Source: the human T2T-CHM13v2.0 reference genome, Homo sapiens. From it: DNA of 64,000 nucleotides. The stretch lies in the NCBI RefSeq assembly GCF_009914755.1, contig NC_060940.1, one strand, 5' to 3'. How positions within the stretch are numbered: position 1 is the first letter of the stretch; every line of letters starts with the position of its first letter. Below are positions 1-14,974 of this stretch, one piece after another. A program made the translations under genes and the position numbers. The notes under the pieces were generated by a model. That model had not been told where the DNA came from, made no database searches, and was given only the letters and a program-made list of their open reading frames with translations.

Positions 1-118
1 GACTTAACATCTCAGTAAATTTACTTCCAGCATCTTTCCAAAAAGATATTTTTTACATAGGTGAGATGAAATAATGCAAATAATTTTCTTTCCTTTTATC
101 ATCTAGTGTTATATTTAA

Positions 119-525
<407 letters not shown>

Positions 526-2007
526 TGATTATAACTATTTTAATCATTCACTTTGTTAGGTAGATAGGTTTCTACAATTTTTGTTATTTGAATTAACACA
601 ACAATAAGCATATTTAAGCAAAAATATTTGTCTATAACTTTGAACTGGATTTACTAGGTTCAAAGGGTAAAATCTGTTTCAGCAACCAGATACTTTTTAT
701 CAAATAGCTTCTCAGAAGATTGCAATAACTTACAACCTTCTAGCAGTAAATCACCCAATCTTCAGCAGCTTTCATATTTTCTTCAGTATTTACTAATTTC
801 ATAGGTAAAGTGGTTCATTTCTTAAATTGTCCCTTCTTATAACTAATGAAGCTGAATATTTATTTAGTTCGTCTTTGACTGATTTATAACAACATTATAT
901 CAACACCCATTTCCACAGGCTTACAAAGAGTTTGGCTGTATTAAAACCCAAGACATCAAGTAATATGGCTGTGAATTTTCTGCCATGGGAAAAAAAGTAG
1001 TAAACCACCTATGGGATTACAGCATAAGTACAACTTGCTTTTCTCTTACTTTGGGAAAGATGAACCTCCTTTATAGTACAATTTTCAGGAAATGCATTGC
1101 ACTTCCCTTGTTTTCCACATAGGATGTAATTTCCAGCACCACTGCAACATCTTCCAAGGGAGGCATTTTTAAATCACTGACAGATATTGTGAAGGTTCCA
1201 TCATGGAGGTTCCATATAGCGACTTTTGTTTTGCATTTTCCTGGCCATACTTCTGTTTAGAACCTACCATTAACTTTGATAATTTAATTTTACCCCTTTC
1301 CTAAGAATAAAATCCATGCACATGTCAGTATCAGCAAAATAACATCACTTCTCTCTTCTATAGCTTCAGCTAACCTTTAAGTGAATCTTAAAATTTTCTA
1401 TAACCATCTTCCAAAACTAGGCATTTTATCCAATAATATAAAATTAGCATGTTATAGAGGGTGCTGCACAAATAGCCTACACTGATTCACAGATGACTTT
1501 AAAAATTCAGTGAGCCAAGAATCCCACATTATTGATTCATGCTAACAAAACGATGAAGTACAGCTAATCTTTAAAACACATGCTGGGCAGAATGACATTT
1601 ATAAATGCAGACAGACCGAAACCAATTGGACATAATTCTTTACGGATTAAACTGATGGCTGCAATTAGACCTAAGAAGGTGAGCAGTCTCTCTGCTGGGA
1701 ACTGAGACTCAGCCTCCTGGGTCCAACTCCAATTTTCTCTCATCCTTGGCTAAACATGGTATTCCACTGTTCCACTGACCGGCTAGTTGAGTAGAGTTCC
1801 CCATGACTACTCAGGTTAACTAAATTGGTTTGTAAAATATGACATGTTACCACTTTGGCTTGCCTCTTTGACTTTTAATAACAACTGCCCCGAAGGGGGC
1901 TATGATTAGGATCATCATAGCATGATGCTATCAGTGTAGAATACCAGATGAGCCCAGCAAAGAGCCTGTAGGGACAGAATATGGATATATCCCTTTGTAT
2001 CTGCCCT

Positions 2008-2109
2008 GTCCCTCTCCCTCTCCCTCTCTCTCTCCCTCCCCCTCCCTCCCGCCCTCCCTTCTTCCTTCCTTCCTTCCTTGTCTCCCTCCCTGTCTCTCTC
2101 TCTCTCTCT

Positions 2110-2110
<1 letters not shown>
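2008..2110. repeat. Polypyrimidine (CCCT/CT) low-complexity tract at an Alu tail
   Basis: ccctctccctctccc...ctctctctc run seen directly. Confidence 0.9.
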
Positions 2111-2390
<280 letters not shown>

Positions 2391-3331
2391 TAACTATGTT
2401 TTTCTGTTTAAAGAAATATCTGGGCTTGACTCATAGCTCCCAGTCCTAGGGAACAATTCTGTCTGCCATTTCAGAGTAGTTTCAAGATTAGGCTGATAAA
2501 CATCACCCAAAGAACAGAAATTCTTATAGTCACCCAAACAACAGATAACTCTTATAGTCTTAAAATTCATAATGATTCTGCTTATTAGAAAAGCTTATTA
2601 GAACAGTGATAGGGTGAGAAATATTTTGCAGCCATGCAGTGTGACAGAAAGCACCTACGCTGGGAAATCAAATTCTGTCCCTGTCACTTAGTTACACAGT
2701 GAGGGCTCCATACATGTTATTATGTCCTAGTTTCCCCACTCTACCTACAACCAGCAGGGTTATTTTGAGACTCTCTTGAGATGGCTCAGGGAAGCTCTTA
2801 AAAGAGCCTAAAGCACATAGTCTTAAAAGAACTGCCATCCACATTTGATGGTCTCTTGGCTCGCTCTCTCTTCTTCATCTTCTCACCGCATTCTTTTCCT
2901 TCTTTACTCTTTACTATGCGCTTAACATTTTGGGAACCAGCAAGAATACACCCAAAGAGAAACTCCAGGAGCGGGGCAATTTCAGGGACATGGAATTAGC
3001 ATTTCTATAATCGTTAGGACTCTCTTGTTAAAAATGAGTAACAAACAAACAAAAACCTTGAATTACTCTGAGAAATGGAGGTAAAGTTCTGGTCACATAG
3101 AACACAAGTTTTGTCCCAAGGGCATAAAATCTCCTTGACAGGCTCAAACTCAGTTTGAAAATTCATAATTATTCAGTTTAACAGAGGGAGAAGGGAGACT
3201 GATGGATGGAGGATGATGGCATGTTTACTTGTTGCAGCAGTGGGGTAGAACACAAATTCCAACTTTTCAAATAAGACCTTCATGGAGTAAGTCTCTTCTA
3301 CTAACGGGCTGTGGAATTTGGGGCAACTAAC

Positions 3332-3696
3332 TGTATTAGTCCTTTTTCATGCTGCTGATAAAGACATATCCAAGGCTGGGTAATTTATATTTTAAAAAAA
3401 AGAGGTTTAATGGAATCACAGTTCCACGTGCCTGGGGAGGCCTCAGAATCATGGTGGAAGGCAAAAGGCACATCTTACACGGCAGCAGGCAAGAGAGAAT
3501 GAGAACCAAGTGAAAGGGGTTTCCCCTTATAAAATCATCAGATTGTGAGGCTCATTCACTGCCATGAGAACAATACGAGGAAAACCACCTCCCATGATTC
3601 AATTATCTCCCACTGGGTCCCTTCCACAACATGTCGGAATTATGGGAGCCACAATTCAAGATGACATTTGGGTGGGGACACAGCCAAATCACATCA
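3332..3696 (-). mobile_element. THE1 (MaLR) solo LTR inserted into a MIR
   Basis: Begins TGTATTAGTCC and ends CAGCCAAATCACATCA (reverse of THE1 consensus ends); 5-bp TSD CTAAC at 3327-3331 and 3697-3701; MIR core (ctcagttatctcatctgtaaaatgg) resumes after it. Confidence 0.9.
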
Positions 3697-3809
3697 CTAA
3701 CCTAACCTCATTGAGCCTCAGTTATCTCATCTGTAAAATGGAGATAAAGATGACCATAGTAAATAGAACTAAATTCATGACTCAAATGATGTCATGAAGA
3801 TTCACTTTC

Positions 3810-4063
3810 TTTTTTAAAATATCAATAATTATTTTATGTGGTATACATTTAAGGGGTACAAGTGCAATTTTGTTACACACACATATTGTCTAGTAGTGAA
3901 CTCTTGGTTTTTAGCATGTCCATCACCCAAATACTGTACATTGTACCCATGAGGTAATTGATCGTCACCCTCCCCACTTCCACTCTCTCACCTTTCCAAG
4001 TCTCCAATGTCTATTGTTCCATACTCTACGTCCATGTGTACACATTATTTAGCTCTCACTTAC
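3810..4063 (-). mobile_element. L1M (L1MA-like) 3' end fragment
   Basis: ggggtacaagtgcaattttgttacac...ctctcacttac typical of an antisense L1 3' UTR. Confidence 0.75.
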
Positions 4064-4307
4064 TTCTGCATCTTTTAACCCTATCTTTTGCCATGCAAGC
4101 TTTGTTCTTAGGATCCTAGGTGCTCCCAGCTTCTCCAGCCTTCCCCTAGGTTAAAGTCCAGCTAAAATGCAGGCGCTTCACCCAAAGTCCTGAGGCTATT
4201 TGATTGGCCTGGGGAATGCGGGTGCTGATTGAAGCCTGAGAGTCCTTTTCCATCCAGAATCCTGGAGTCAACCCTTCCCAAACTGTGTGGGATAGAAAAT
4301 GGAAATG

Positions 4308-4775
<468 letters not shown>

Positions 4776-4907
4776 AAGTGGAAGTGGTGGATTCCCAAAC
4801 AAACTAGGAAGCTGTAACCAGAAGATGAAAAAAATGAATGCACCAGAGGCAAAGCACAGTTGTTTGCCATGTTTGCCCAGCTGAAAATCAACGGCAATGT
4901 TTTTTGT

Positions 4908-5093
4908 CAGTCATTCTTAACCCTGGTTGCAGATTAAAATCTCCTGGGAGCTAAAAAAAAAAAAAAAAGGATGGCTGCTATCTGGGCTTCAACTTCAGAA
5001 AGGTTAAATCAAACTCCCTGAATGTGGGAACTGGACAGTGGTGGTTTAAAAGCACCCAGATGATCCTAACATTCAGCCACGGTTGAGAACGGT
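4908..5093. mobile_element. MER5A-like hAT-Charlie MITE
   Basis: cagtcattcttaacc...cagccacggttgagaacggtg termini and internal motifs. Confidence 0.7.
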
Positions 5094-5589
5094 GTCTATG
5101 TAGACTTGTGTACACATCCAGAAGGGATGTTTAGGTGGGGGATTTTCTTCTGAAACTTCTATACAAAATTAGAATTCCCATCTAAGAAGTTGGAAAGACT
5201 GCAAATTTAGAAGACACTAGGATCTTGTCAGTGTTGCTACTTCTCAAGTAATTACAGACCCTCAGAGTCTGAAAGATTCGGGCTAACAATGAGTTACAGC
5301 CTCCATTCAAAATATGAATCAACTCCAGGGCAGTCTGATGTCCAGTTTTTTCTTGTACGTCTCTAATAATTGTGAACTCATGACTTTATGGGGTAACATA
5401 GTCTATTTTGTTTTTTGTTTTTGTCATAGCTGTGACTTCCTAAGACCTACATACGAGAATTCTGACCCAAAGCTCTAAAAAATCACCTCTCTCTATAATC
5501 AATATGACTTAAAATGTACTCTTTGTTATCTGGCACACATCCACAGCTAGTTAGCAATAGAGCTGGAAGTTGATCCAGGTTTACTTTGA

Positions 5590-5911
<322 letters not shown>

Positions 5912-6009
5912 TAAACTACTTCAATATTACACCATCTATAGTAAAAAAAAAAAAAAAAAAAATGGGGAGGAAGGGGTGTTAATAAAACTGAAAAAGCTGG
6001 AAAACAAAA

Positions 6010-8500
6010 TGATGTAAGTAAACCCAAACAAATGTGTTATGGCAATAAATGTAAATCTTTTAAGCTCCCACTTGAAAGTCAGAGACTCTGAGATTGGATC
6101 AAAAGTTAAATTCCCACCTTATACTGTTTGCATTAGCTAAGCCTAAAACAAAATCACATATTTGGGTTAAATGCAAAAGAAGAGGCAAACAGGTGCCAGT
6201 CCAGTACAAACAAAAGTCAAGCCAGAGGCAGCAATTGAATGTCAGGCACTGTAGAATTCAAGCAAAATACCTTAAAATAGAACAACAGGATTGTTTTATA
6301 CTGATAAATATCCAATTCACAAGGCAAATCAACAGTCATAAATGTTTACTTGCTGAAATCATTAAACACCTAGAGCTAAAATTACTAGCAATACAAGAGA
6401 CAAATGACATAAACACAATCAATGGTGTGAGATTTTAACACTCAAGAGTTTTTGACAGATTAAGTAGACAAAAATAAATAAGGATGCAGTGGATCTGCAT
6501 AATATAATTAATGCTGACTGAATAGATTTTTAAACATTATATCAAGAAAATAATTGAACTTCTTGTAAGAGATAAACTAATACAATTTCCAAAATATATA
6601 TCATTTTAGGTCACACACACCCAAAACAACAAAGTTTGGTAAGTGGTAGTTCAGGTCACGTTCTCTGGGCATATATAGAAAATACTAATGTATAAGGATA
6701 TATAGGAAATGTATATAAAATGGTATTCTGTGGGCATCCATATTAGAAAACACTTCAAAATCTAAAAAGTAAATAAATCAAAAACCCATCCAAAATTTCA
6801 AAAAGCTAAAAATAATTTCCAGATCTTTCAAATTGAAAATCTGTCTCCTAAATAACATGGTAGTCAAAGAGAAAATTAAAATATTGGTTATAGATTACTT
6901 AGAAATTAATGATCTGAGAAAAACAATATACAAAAATGTGATAATCCACAATTTCAGCCTTTATTAAACAAGAAAAAATGAAATTCACTGAGGAAAGCAC
7001 AGCAATGAATTTTCTTCAAAGGGAGCAAGTAAAAACTAAGAAAAGCATAAGGAATAAATAAAGGGCGGATTTTAAAATCCCAATAATTAGAAAAGCAAAT
7101 AATCTGTATAGTTAATATATAAATCTAAATGGTGTTTTGTTTGTAAACAGAAATATTAACAATTTAGAAGTTAGAATAATAGCTAATGTTTATTGAGCAC
7201 TTAGTATGTGCCTCACAGTGATTAAGTATGTTATTAACAATACCACAGGCTGGGCGTAGTGGCTCTCACCTGTAATCCCAGCACTTTGGGAGGCTGAGGC
7301 GGGAGGATCACTTGAGGTCAGGAATTTGAGACTAGCCTGGTTAACACAGGGAGATCCCGTGTCTACAAAAAATTTAAAACATTAGCCAGATGTGGTGGTG
7401 TACATCTGTAATCCCAGCTACTCAGGAGGGTGAGGCAGGAGAATCCCTTGAGCTAGGAGGTAGAGGATACAGTGAGCCATGATCAGGCCCCTGCACTCCA
7501 GCCTGGGTGACTGAGCAAGACCCTGTTTCCAAATAAACTAACAAACAAACAAACAAGGAGGGCCCTATTATTGTCTTGATTTTACAAGTAAAGAAATTGA
7601 GGAAGACAGAGAGGACCACAATGGGCCCAAGAGCACCCAAGCGGTGAGTAACAGAATGACCTAAGCTCCTAACCAACACTTTATATAACCTCTCAATATG
7701 AAGAATGAGGGTAAAAGCCAGAAATTAGTAATTACAAGGTAATTGAATATATATACTAAACATATAATTTCATGCTAAATAACTCTGAAAATCTTAAGGA
7801 TATTTATGGCTTTCTTAAAAAATAAATTATAAATATTGACTCAGTTGGAATTTGAGTATATCAAAAGTTTAGGAGAAATTGAATAAGTCATATAAAAATC
7901 ATCTCTGAAGGAAGTACTAGGCCTAAATTATTCTAAATGTTCAATATTTCAAAATTTGGAAAAATAAATAATTCCCATGCTAGGTAACAATTTAGGAAGA
8001 AAAAAAATGTGTCCTGATTTCTCTAATGAGGTTGGCATGAGTCTGTTGCTGCGACCTAACAAAATCCAAAGAAGGAAGAAGCTCTGATCCAATCTTACAT
8101 ATTGATATAGCTATAAACACACTAGATAAAATACAAGCAAACCTAATTCGGCTATGCTTTTGAAGGATAATTCACCACAACCAAGTAGATTTTATTCCAA
8201 GAAACCAAGGATGATTTAATACTAGAAATAATTTAGTATTCAGAAATCTATTCACATCATTTATCACACCAATGGGTCAAAGGAGAAACATCATAGTCAA
8301 ATAGTACAAGGTCTTTGACAAAATGCAATACCATCTCTTATTTAGTCTTTAAAATGCAGAAATCTTGGAATAGAGGAGTATTTCGCTAACATTGTAAAGA
8401 ATAGTTCTCATGTATCAACAGCTGACACTTTACTGAACTGTAAAATACCAGAAATGCTCCTGTTAAAGTCATGGACAAAACAGAGGTCTTGCTTTTCAAC
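6010..8500 (+). mobile_element. Highly decayed L1M ORF2 relic (interrupted by MIR and Alu)
   Basis: A-rich sense strand; endonuclease-start-like ataaatgtaaat...agattggatcaaaag; RT-region-like caaccaagtagattttattccaagaaaccaaggatgatttaat. Confidence 0.65.
7248..7556 (+). mobile_element. Alu (AluJ-like)
   Basis: Diverged dimer with gtgagccatgatc...gaccctgtttc AluJ-type features. Confidence 0.9.
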
Positions 8501-8706
8501 AGTTTTAGATACTGAAGAAGACAAGGAGGAAAACTAAACTTTAGTTTACCACCAGCTTGGAAGCACAGGCATTGCCATTTGACCTGGGCTTGGATTTTGG
8601 CTGCCTCCCTCTCCAGTAGTTGAGCCCTATTTTGGTAAATCAGTAAGTCAGTTTCTTCTGCATGAGGAATGGTAAAAGGACAGTGAGGATTAAATAAGCA
8701 GACACA

Positions 8707-9027
8707 GGCTGGGCACGGTGGCTCACGCCTGTAATCCCAGCACTTTGGGAGGCCGAGGTGGGCGGATCACGAGGTCAGGAGATCAAGACCATCCTGGCTT
8801 ACATGGTGAAACCCCATCTCTATTAAAAATACAAAAAATTAGCCGGGCGTGGTGGTGGGTGCCTGTAGTCCCAGCTACTCAGGAGGCTGAGGCAGGAGAA
8901 TGGCGTGAACCCGGGAGGCGGAGGTTGCAGTGAACAGAGTTCGCGTCACTGCACTCCAGCCTGGGCGACAGAGCGAGACTCCATCCCAAAAATAAAAAAT
9001 AAAAAATAAAAATAAAAATAAAAATAA
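8707..9027 (+). mobile_element. Alu (AluY/Sc-like)
   Basis: CpG-rich dimer, gagatcaagaccatcctggct; TSD AAATAAGCAGACACA. Confidence 0.95.
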
Positions 9028-10152
9028 AAATAAGCAGACACAGAGAGACCCCTTGGCACAATGCCTGATGCAGGGCAGCGTCTGAATTCACAACTGCTTC
9101 CAGGCTCAGAAATATCAGTTGTTTCTTTACTAGAAAACATGGTAAGGTCAACTGATAAATGATTAGAAGTACCCAAGAGTTTAATAAAATATCCAGAGGC
9201 CATCTAAATACATACAAATAGCAGTGAAAATTGGTTAGAAGTTAGAAGTGTCTCAACAGGCCTCTTGCTGACAATTGGATTTTGTAGACTGTTGTCTTTA
9301 CTGCAAGGCCCTCCCCATCCCATTGTTGCCTCATCCCCAACCAGCCATTATCTTATAATTATTGTTTAGGTTTCAAATCATTCATCACTCCTTGTGGAAG
9401 CTTTTTCTGACCCCCAAGCCAAACCCCCTACCAAGTGTACTTTTAACTGGATCATCTTCTTTGACACACTTGCCATAGCAGAAGTTTTATATTTTTGTAG
9501 AATTATTGGATTAATATTTGTTTTCTACTCAAGGCTTAAGTTCTGAGTACACTATGCAGCTATTAAAATTATGTTTATGTAAAAGAATTTAATGTCTACA
9601 TATGAATTTATTTTTCAATGCATCATATAAATCAGTATATAAGCACTCAATCTTCATTTCTAAAAATTACACATTAGTATATGCATAAAAGATAAAAAGA
9701 TACTCATCAATATATTAACAGTAATACTAGATTTTTATTATTTAAATTTTCTTTCTCATATTCATTAATGCTTTTAAATATTTAACATAAACAAACAGTA
9801 TTTCTTCTTTAAATGATAGGGATTTGCCAAATATCTAAATTTTTAAAACACTTAAAATAGATACTTTTCAATTTTTTTTTAACATCAGGTGACAGGTGTT
9901 TAGGTGGCTGGTCATTGATGCTGACCACATATAAATATATATATATATATTACCTAGAATTGTCTTCTTTCAAAAATTTATCTTTCTGACTGGTAAAATG
10001 TTATTCCTACCGAAGAGAGCAAAGAATTGAGCACATTAAAAAAGAATCAGCAATGATGGTAAAATCTGGAGAAATATTTTACTCTCATTAATATAAGAAC
10101 AAGCCCATATCTCAGCCCCCACACAATTAAACATCTAGCACCCCTTCACTTA

Positions 10153-10177
10153 CACACACACACACACACACACACAC
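10153..10177. repeat. (CA)n microsatellite
   Basis: Directly visible. Confidence 0.95.
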
Positions 10178-10639
10178 GACAATAGCAATTGGTCACCAAA
10201 TGCACACTGAGCATCTACTACGTAGCTCAGCCCAGAGCTAGCTGTTCAGAGGGCTTAGTCCCTGCCCTTGATGAGGTCATTGGCCACCGAGACCAACACA
10301 TTGAGAAAAGAAAACCAACAGCACAAAATGGAATCTGAACACTGACAAACAAGTGTTAGACAGTAGTTTTGCACATTTTCAGAGTTACACCTTCCCACCC
10401 ATCACGGGCTGCCAGCAGAACTCCCGGTGGTGGTGTGAATCAACTCTATTTCCATCGTAGCAGTATAAATAGAGGAATGACTTGAGGAACTCCCCGTGCT
10501 AACCAAATACATTCAAACACCTTTATTGGGGTCTGTTCTTTTGCCACCCCCTAGCTGGGGTGTTGTCTTCTAGTCTGCAACCACAGAGCAGTGCACCTGC
10601 CAAAACTTCTTCAAATGGTCTTCTTCCATTTGGGGCATC

Positions 10640-11280
10640 TGATTCTGCTCTCTCCTCTCCCACAGGAAGCCTGGGTCAAATGCCCATCCTCCTTTTTCTC
10701 ACAGTCTCCTAAGGTCCTTTTGTTACTGTTCTTGACACCCTATATTCTACTTTCTTCTTGCCCTCTCTGATTCACCGACCAGACCAAAGCTCTTCGTAGT
10801 CATTTTTTATGTATCTCAGTAGGTCCAATTCCTAGCTCTGTGTTCTAGACATACTTTGTGCTTGGCAAATATATACCACTTTCAATCAATGAAGAATGAA
10901 TAAATGAAATTCATCTCTGGACACCTTTACAACCTTGCATTCCTTGCCTTTGCTTAAGCTGTTCCATGCATCTGAGATGCCCTTTTCTCAACTCATTTCC
11001 ATATGTTCAAATCCTAACCTCCATCCTTAAAGTTCTAGAATGAATGCCTTCTACTCCAGGAAAACTCCCCTGGCCTCTCGGCCATCAGTGACTTCCCCCT
11101 CTTCCAACTACTACAGTTCTTTATCAATTTCCCACATTCTACCCAGACTTAGTGTTATTCATGGACATATTTTTACATGCCCCTCCCCATTAATTGATAT
11201 ACTCTGTGATGTCAGAGACTATGTGTCTCCTCTATCCTGGTCCTCCTCCCAGTGACCACATTATAGACAATAAATTAATA
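10640..11280 (+). mobile_element. L2 3' fragments
   Basis: caaatgcccatc, tcttcgtagtc, gaatgaataaatgaa L2 3'-end signatures. Confidence 0.5.
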
Positions 11281-14200
11281 ATAGACTTATTATGGACACA
11301 TGCAGGATTAGTGCCTTGGAGATGTCAGCCCTTTGTTCATTTCTTCCATGGCTGGATTTGGCAAATTTGAACAGAAGGAGATATGGTAAAGACAAGCTCT
11401 TGGATCTTATTAGGAACTCAAATATTTCCATTCCTGCCATTTTTTATGGGATGTGTTTTAACTTGGCCTACCAGGAAATGTGTGTGATTTACTATAAGTA
11501 TCCGAATGAACTTAAAGTGTCAGGAGAAACATGAGACCATCATCTGAGTGGGGGGGGAGGGTAGAAATTGATGAATGAAATTCTTCCTGGAAATACATTC
11601 TTCCAGGAGGGGGATGCAATGACATCTCCACCTTGTCTCATCAAAGCATACTTCTGAAGAGAGAAGACTTGGTGGACACAGGTCAGGAGAGCTGGCTGAC
11701 CTTGCTCTCCTCTAATTTTTGAGCTTTCCCAAACACACTATTTTTCTTCTCCTGCCTGGGCTTGATCTTGGCGGCTCATGCAGCAATAAGGGGAGTTATT
11801 TTGGGGAGACAGTTGATGCTTGGCGAGTCCTCCTACAGATCAGCAATAGCTGTTTGAAATGTTAAATGCCTCCCAGATGGAGATACTTAGCATTTGTAGG
11901 AGGAATAATTTGGAGGAGAAAAATGCATTTGTCTTTTTGGCATCCTGTGGATTGCGTTACAGAAGACAGAGAACACTGTGAATCCTGCCATCCACATGTC
12001 AGTGTTTTCCTGGAATTTTGCTAGTCCCAGGTGACTGTGCTGCTGCTGCTGCTGCTTCTGGGGACATCAAGGTTTGGATATGCCAATGCTCAAGGGAAAA
12101 GTATATGGGACTGAGTCTCAGAGGTCAGAGAGCTTCCAGAGTGCCCAGGAACCATCAGGGCTTAGCCTCCCGGCTACCATTGGCAAATGCTTCAATCATG
12201 TAGACCAGATGGTTTTTACTTTTGGGTGTGGTCTTTTATACACAGGGAGGCTGAAAAATGTAGTGCAGACTAGCAGAGAGAACCAGGGATTGAGAGGCAT
12301 GAGTTCTGGCCTTGCTTTTGCCACTAACTTTCTTTGTGGCTTCAGGCAAACCACCTTGTCTCACAAAGCCTGTTTCCCCACCTTTGAGGTGAAAAGATTG
12401 GATTAGATCATCTTTAAATTCTTCCCTAACTAAAGAACAATGCTATGGTACTTGTTGTCATGGCTTATGAAGAAGGTGACATTATGGCAGAAGGGTAACT
12501 TTGAGTTTTCCTTCAATATGAGCTTCCAGGTGCTAAGGAAGAGAAGACTTCATTCAATTGTTCATCATGCCCCATTATTCATGGCAAGGATAGAGTGGGT
12601 CATTCACAAAAAATACTGAATCAATGACCCTTTTATTTATTTCTTGGCACCCATGAGAGCTCTGTGGCCCATCAGTAAGCTTCATCAAAAAGTTATGCCT
12701 TTGAGTAAGCAGCCACTTTTAGCACCAGAGTGAATTTGAGCTGGATAGAAAGCTCAGTTCTGAAAAATTGTAACTGGATAATTGTAGTGTAAGTGTTCTC
12801 ACACCACACTGAGATGTGCAAAGAAAAGTGTGCCTCCTTTATCTTCTATGCTAGCCTCACACACATTTTAGAAATCCCCTCATCCCCTCAGGTAGGTGGG
12901 TGGGTGGATCAGGGGTGCTACATTTAGTTAAATCCAGTCAGCTTTGTCCTATGCAATGATGAAAATAATCTCTATAGGAAATTCATGCTCTTTTGGATAA
13001 TGCTGTCTTTCCAATTTCTCTCTTCTCCTCCTGATCATTCCTGAGATAGATTCTGGGTACTGGGGAGAGCGGAAGAAGGCAGCCTTGGGTTCTTACATGT
13101 TTTAGGCTCCCCTGTGCCCTGCAGCAATGCACTGTGCCCCTCTGGTCATTGGTCATTTTATCAGGATCTGATGGAAAAGCTGGGGCTGCTAACTTATGGG
13201 CTATTTTCCTACTTTGTCTGGACACAGATTCTGACTTGACCTCACAATGGCTGTTTGGAGGGCTGGACATACCTGATTCCAGTGTGCCCTGCTCTGGGAA
13301 CCATATAACATAGCCCTCAGTTGCAGAGTAATGTATCCCACCCTGGTAAACCCCCTAGATGGAATCTCAGCTACCTTTCTCCTCTTCCATCATGAGGCAT
13401 GGGTAAATAGTTTGATTCATTCTACCATACAAGATTTTAGTGTCACTTGGGAATAATAATGCAACCCCTTTCCCTCTCTACCCTTCTCTTTCTCTGCATC
13501 TCCGTATCTCTAACTTTGTGTTTCTCTTCCCTCCATTGTTATGCTACTATCACTTTGCTATGGAAGTCTCAATGTTGGTTGAAGCAGCTTGGGAGGTGTC
13601 TATTTCCCGAATCTCAACCTACATCCAAGGCTTGAGCCTCAGAAGAGATAGGAAGGACCCATGCACACCTCCCAGCATGAGAGCATCCTCTTTTCCTTAT
13701 CTCAATCCATTCTGAGCCAGAAAAACACGTGATTTCCACTTTTTCCTATCCTGTGATGGTTTTGCCTATATTTTATCCTCCTGTTTTCTGAGGTAAATTT
13801 CTTTTCCTCTTGCTTTTCCTGGGGAAAATGGTACAATGGTTGCCTGGAAATGCAATGTTTGTGGTATAAGATAAAAACAAATAAATAATATTTTAAAATA
13901 TTATTTCCATTACAAAATCATTTCTTAAATTGCTGAAAGAGATTTGCTTGACTGAGGTTGATACACTTTCTTCTCTGTGAGCCTTCCACCTATAAAACAA
14001 CATGGTTAGACCTCACATTCATTAAAATCCTTTCCAGTTCTTGTGTCTTAGTCTCACTTAACAATGAGATGCTATAAGAGGCTCACAATGCTCTCCAGAT
14101 AATTTTCCAAATGAGTCATTCTATTCCCAAACCAGTTAGAGTATATTTGTTTGGCATCTTACCAATAAAAAAAAAAAATTGAGCTTATCAATCTTTTGCC

Positions 14201-14673
14201 CAGCTAAACCCTACTATGAGTCCTGAGACTTAATCATTTACTACTAAGTAGCTACGGATACAGTTTATCCAACAAGACTAGAAACCACAGAATAACCCAT
14301 GAAGAATCCAGTTAACACAGGAAGTGACTTTCAAGTCAGAAAAAGGAGGAGAAGCAAACCAAAATGGCAGCTGACAAGAGGAATTAAGTTCTCCTCTAAC
14401 TGGCTAAAGCTTGAGACTGGTGGCTTCTCATAAGGTGAAATGGGAAAGCCCAGATTCCAGACATATCAACACAGAGGTCCTGGTATATCCTATTGTAACA
14501 AGGAATTAACTAAAATGGAGCAGGGAAACTTCCTGGCGGATTCCAAGATTCTGAAAGTGAAAAGGCTGAAACATGATATCTACACACAAAGTGCTCTAAG
14601 GAAAAGAATCCAGGGGCAGTGGTTGAAGGCTTGATGATTGATCTCCAAGTTGAAGTTGTCTCAGTTGCTCTAA

Positions 14674-14974
<301 letters not shown>

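Noticed and set aside
6094-6438. 114-aa ORF
   Set aside because: Lies in a decayed L1 ORF2 relic
12038-12056. (TGC)n repeat giving poly-Ala in an ORF
   Set aside because: Only about 6 units, no coding context
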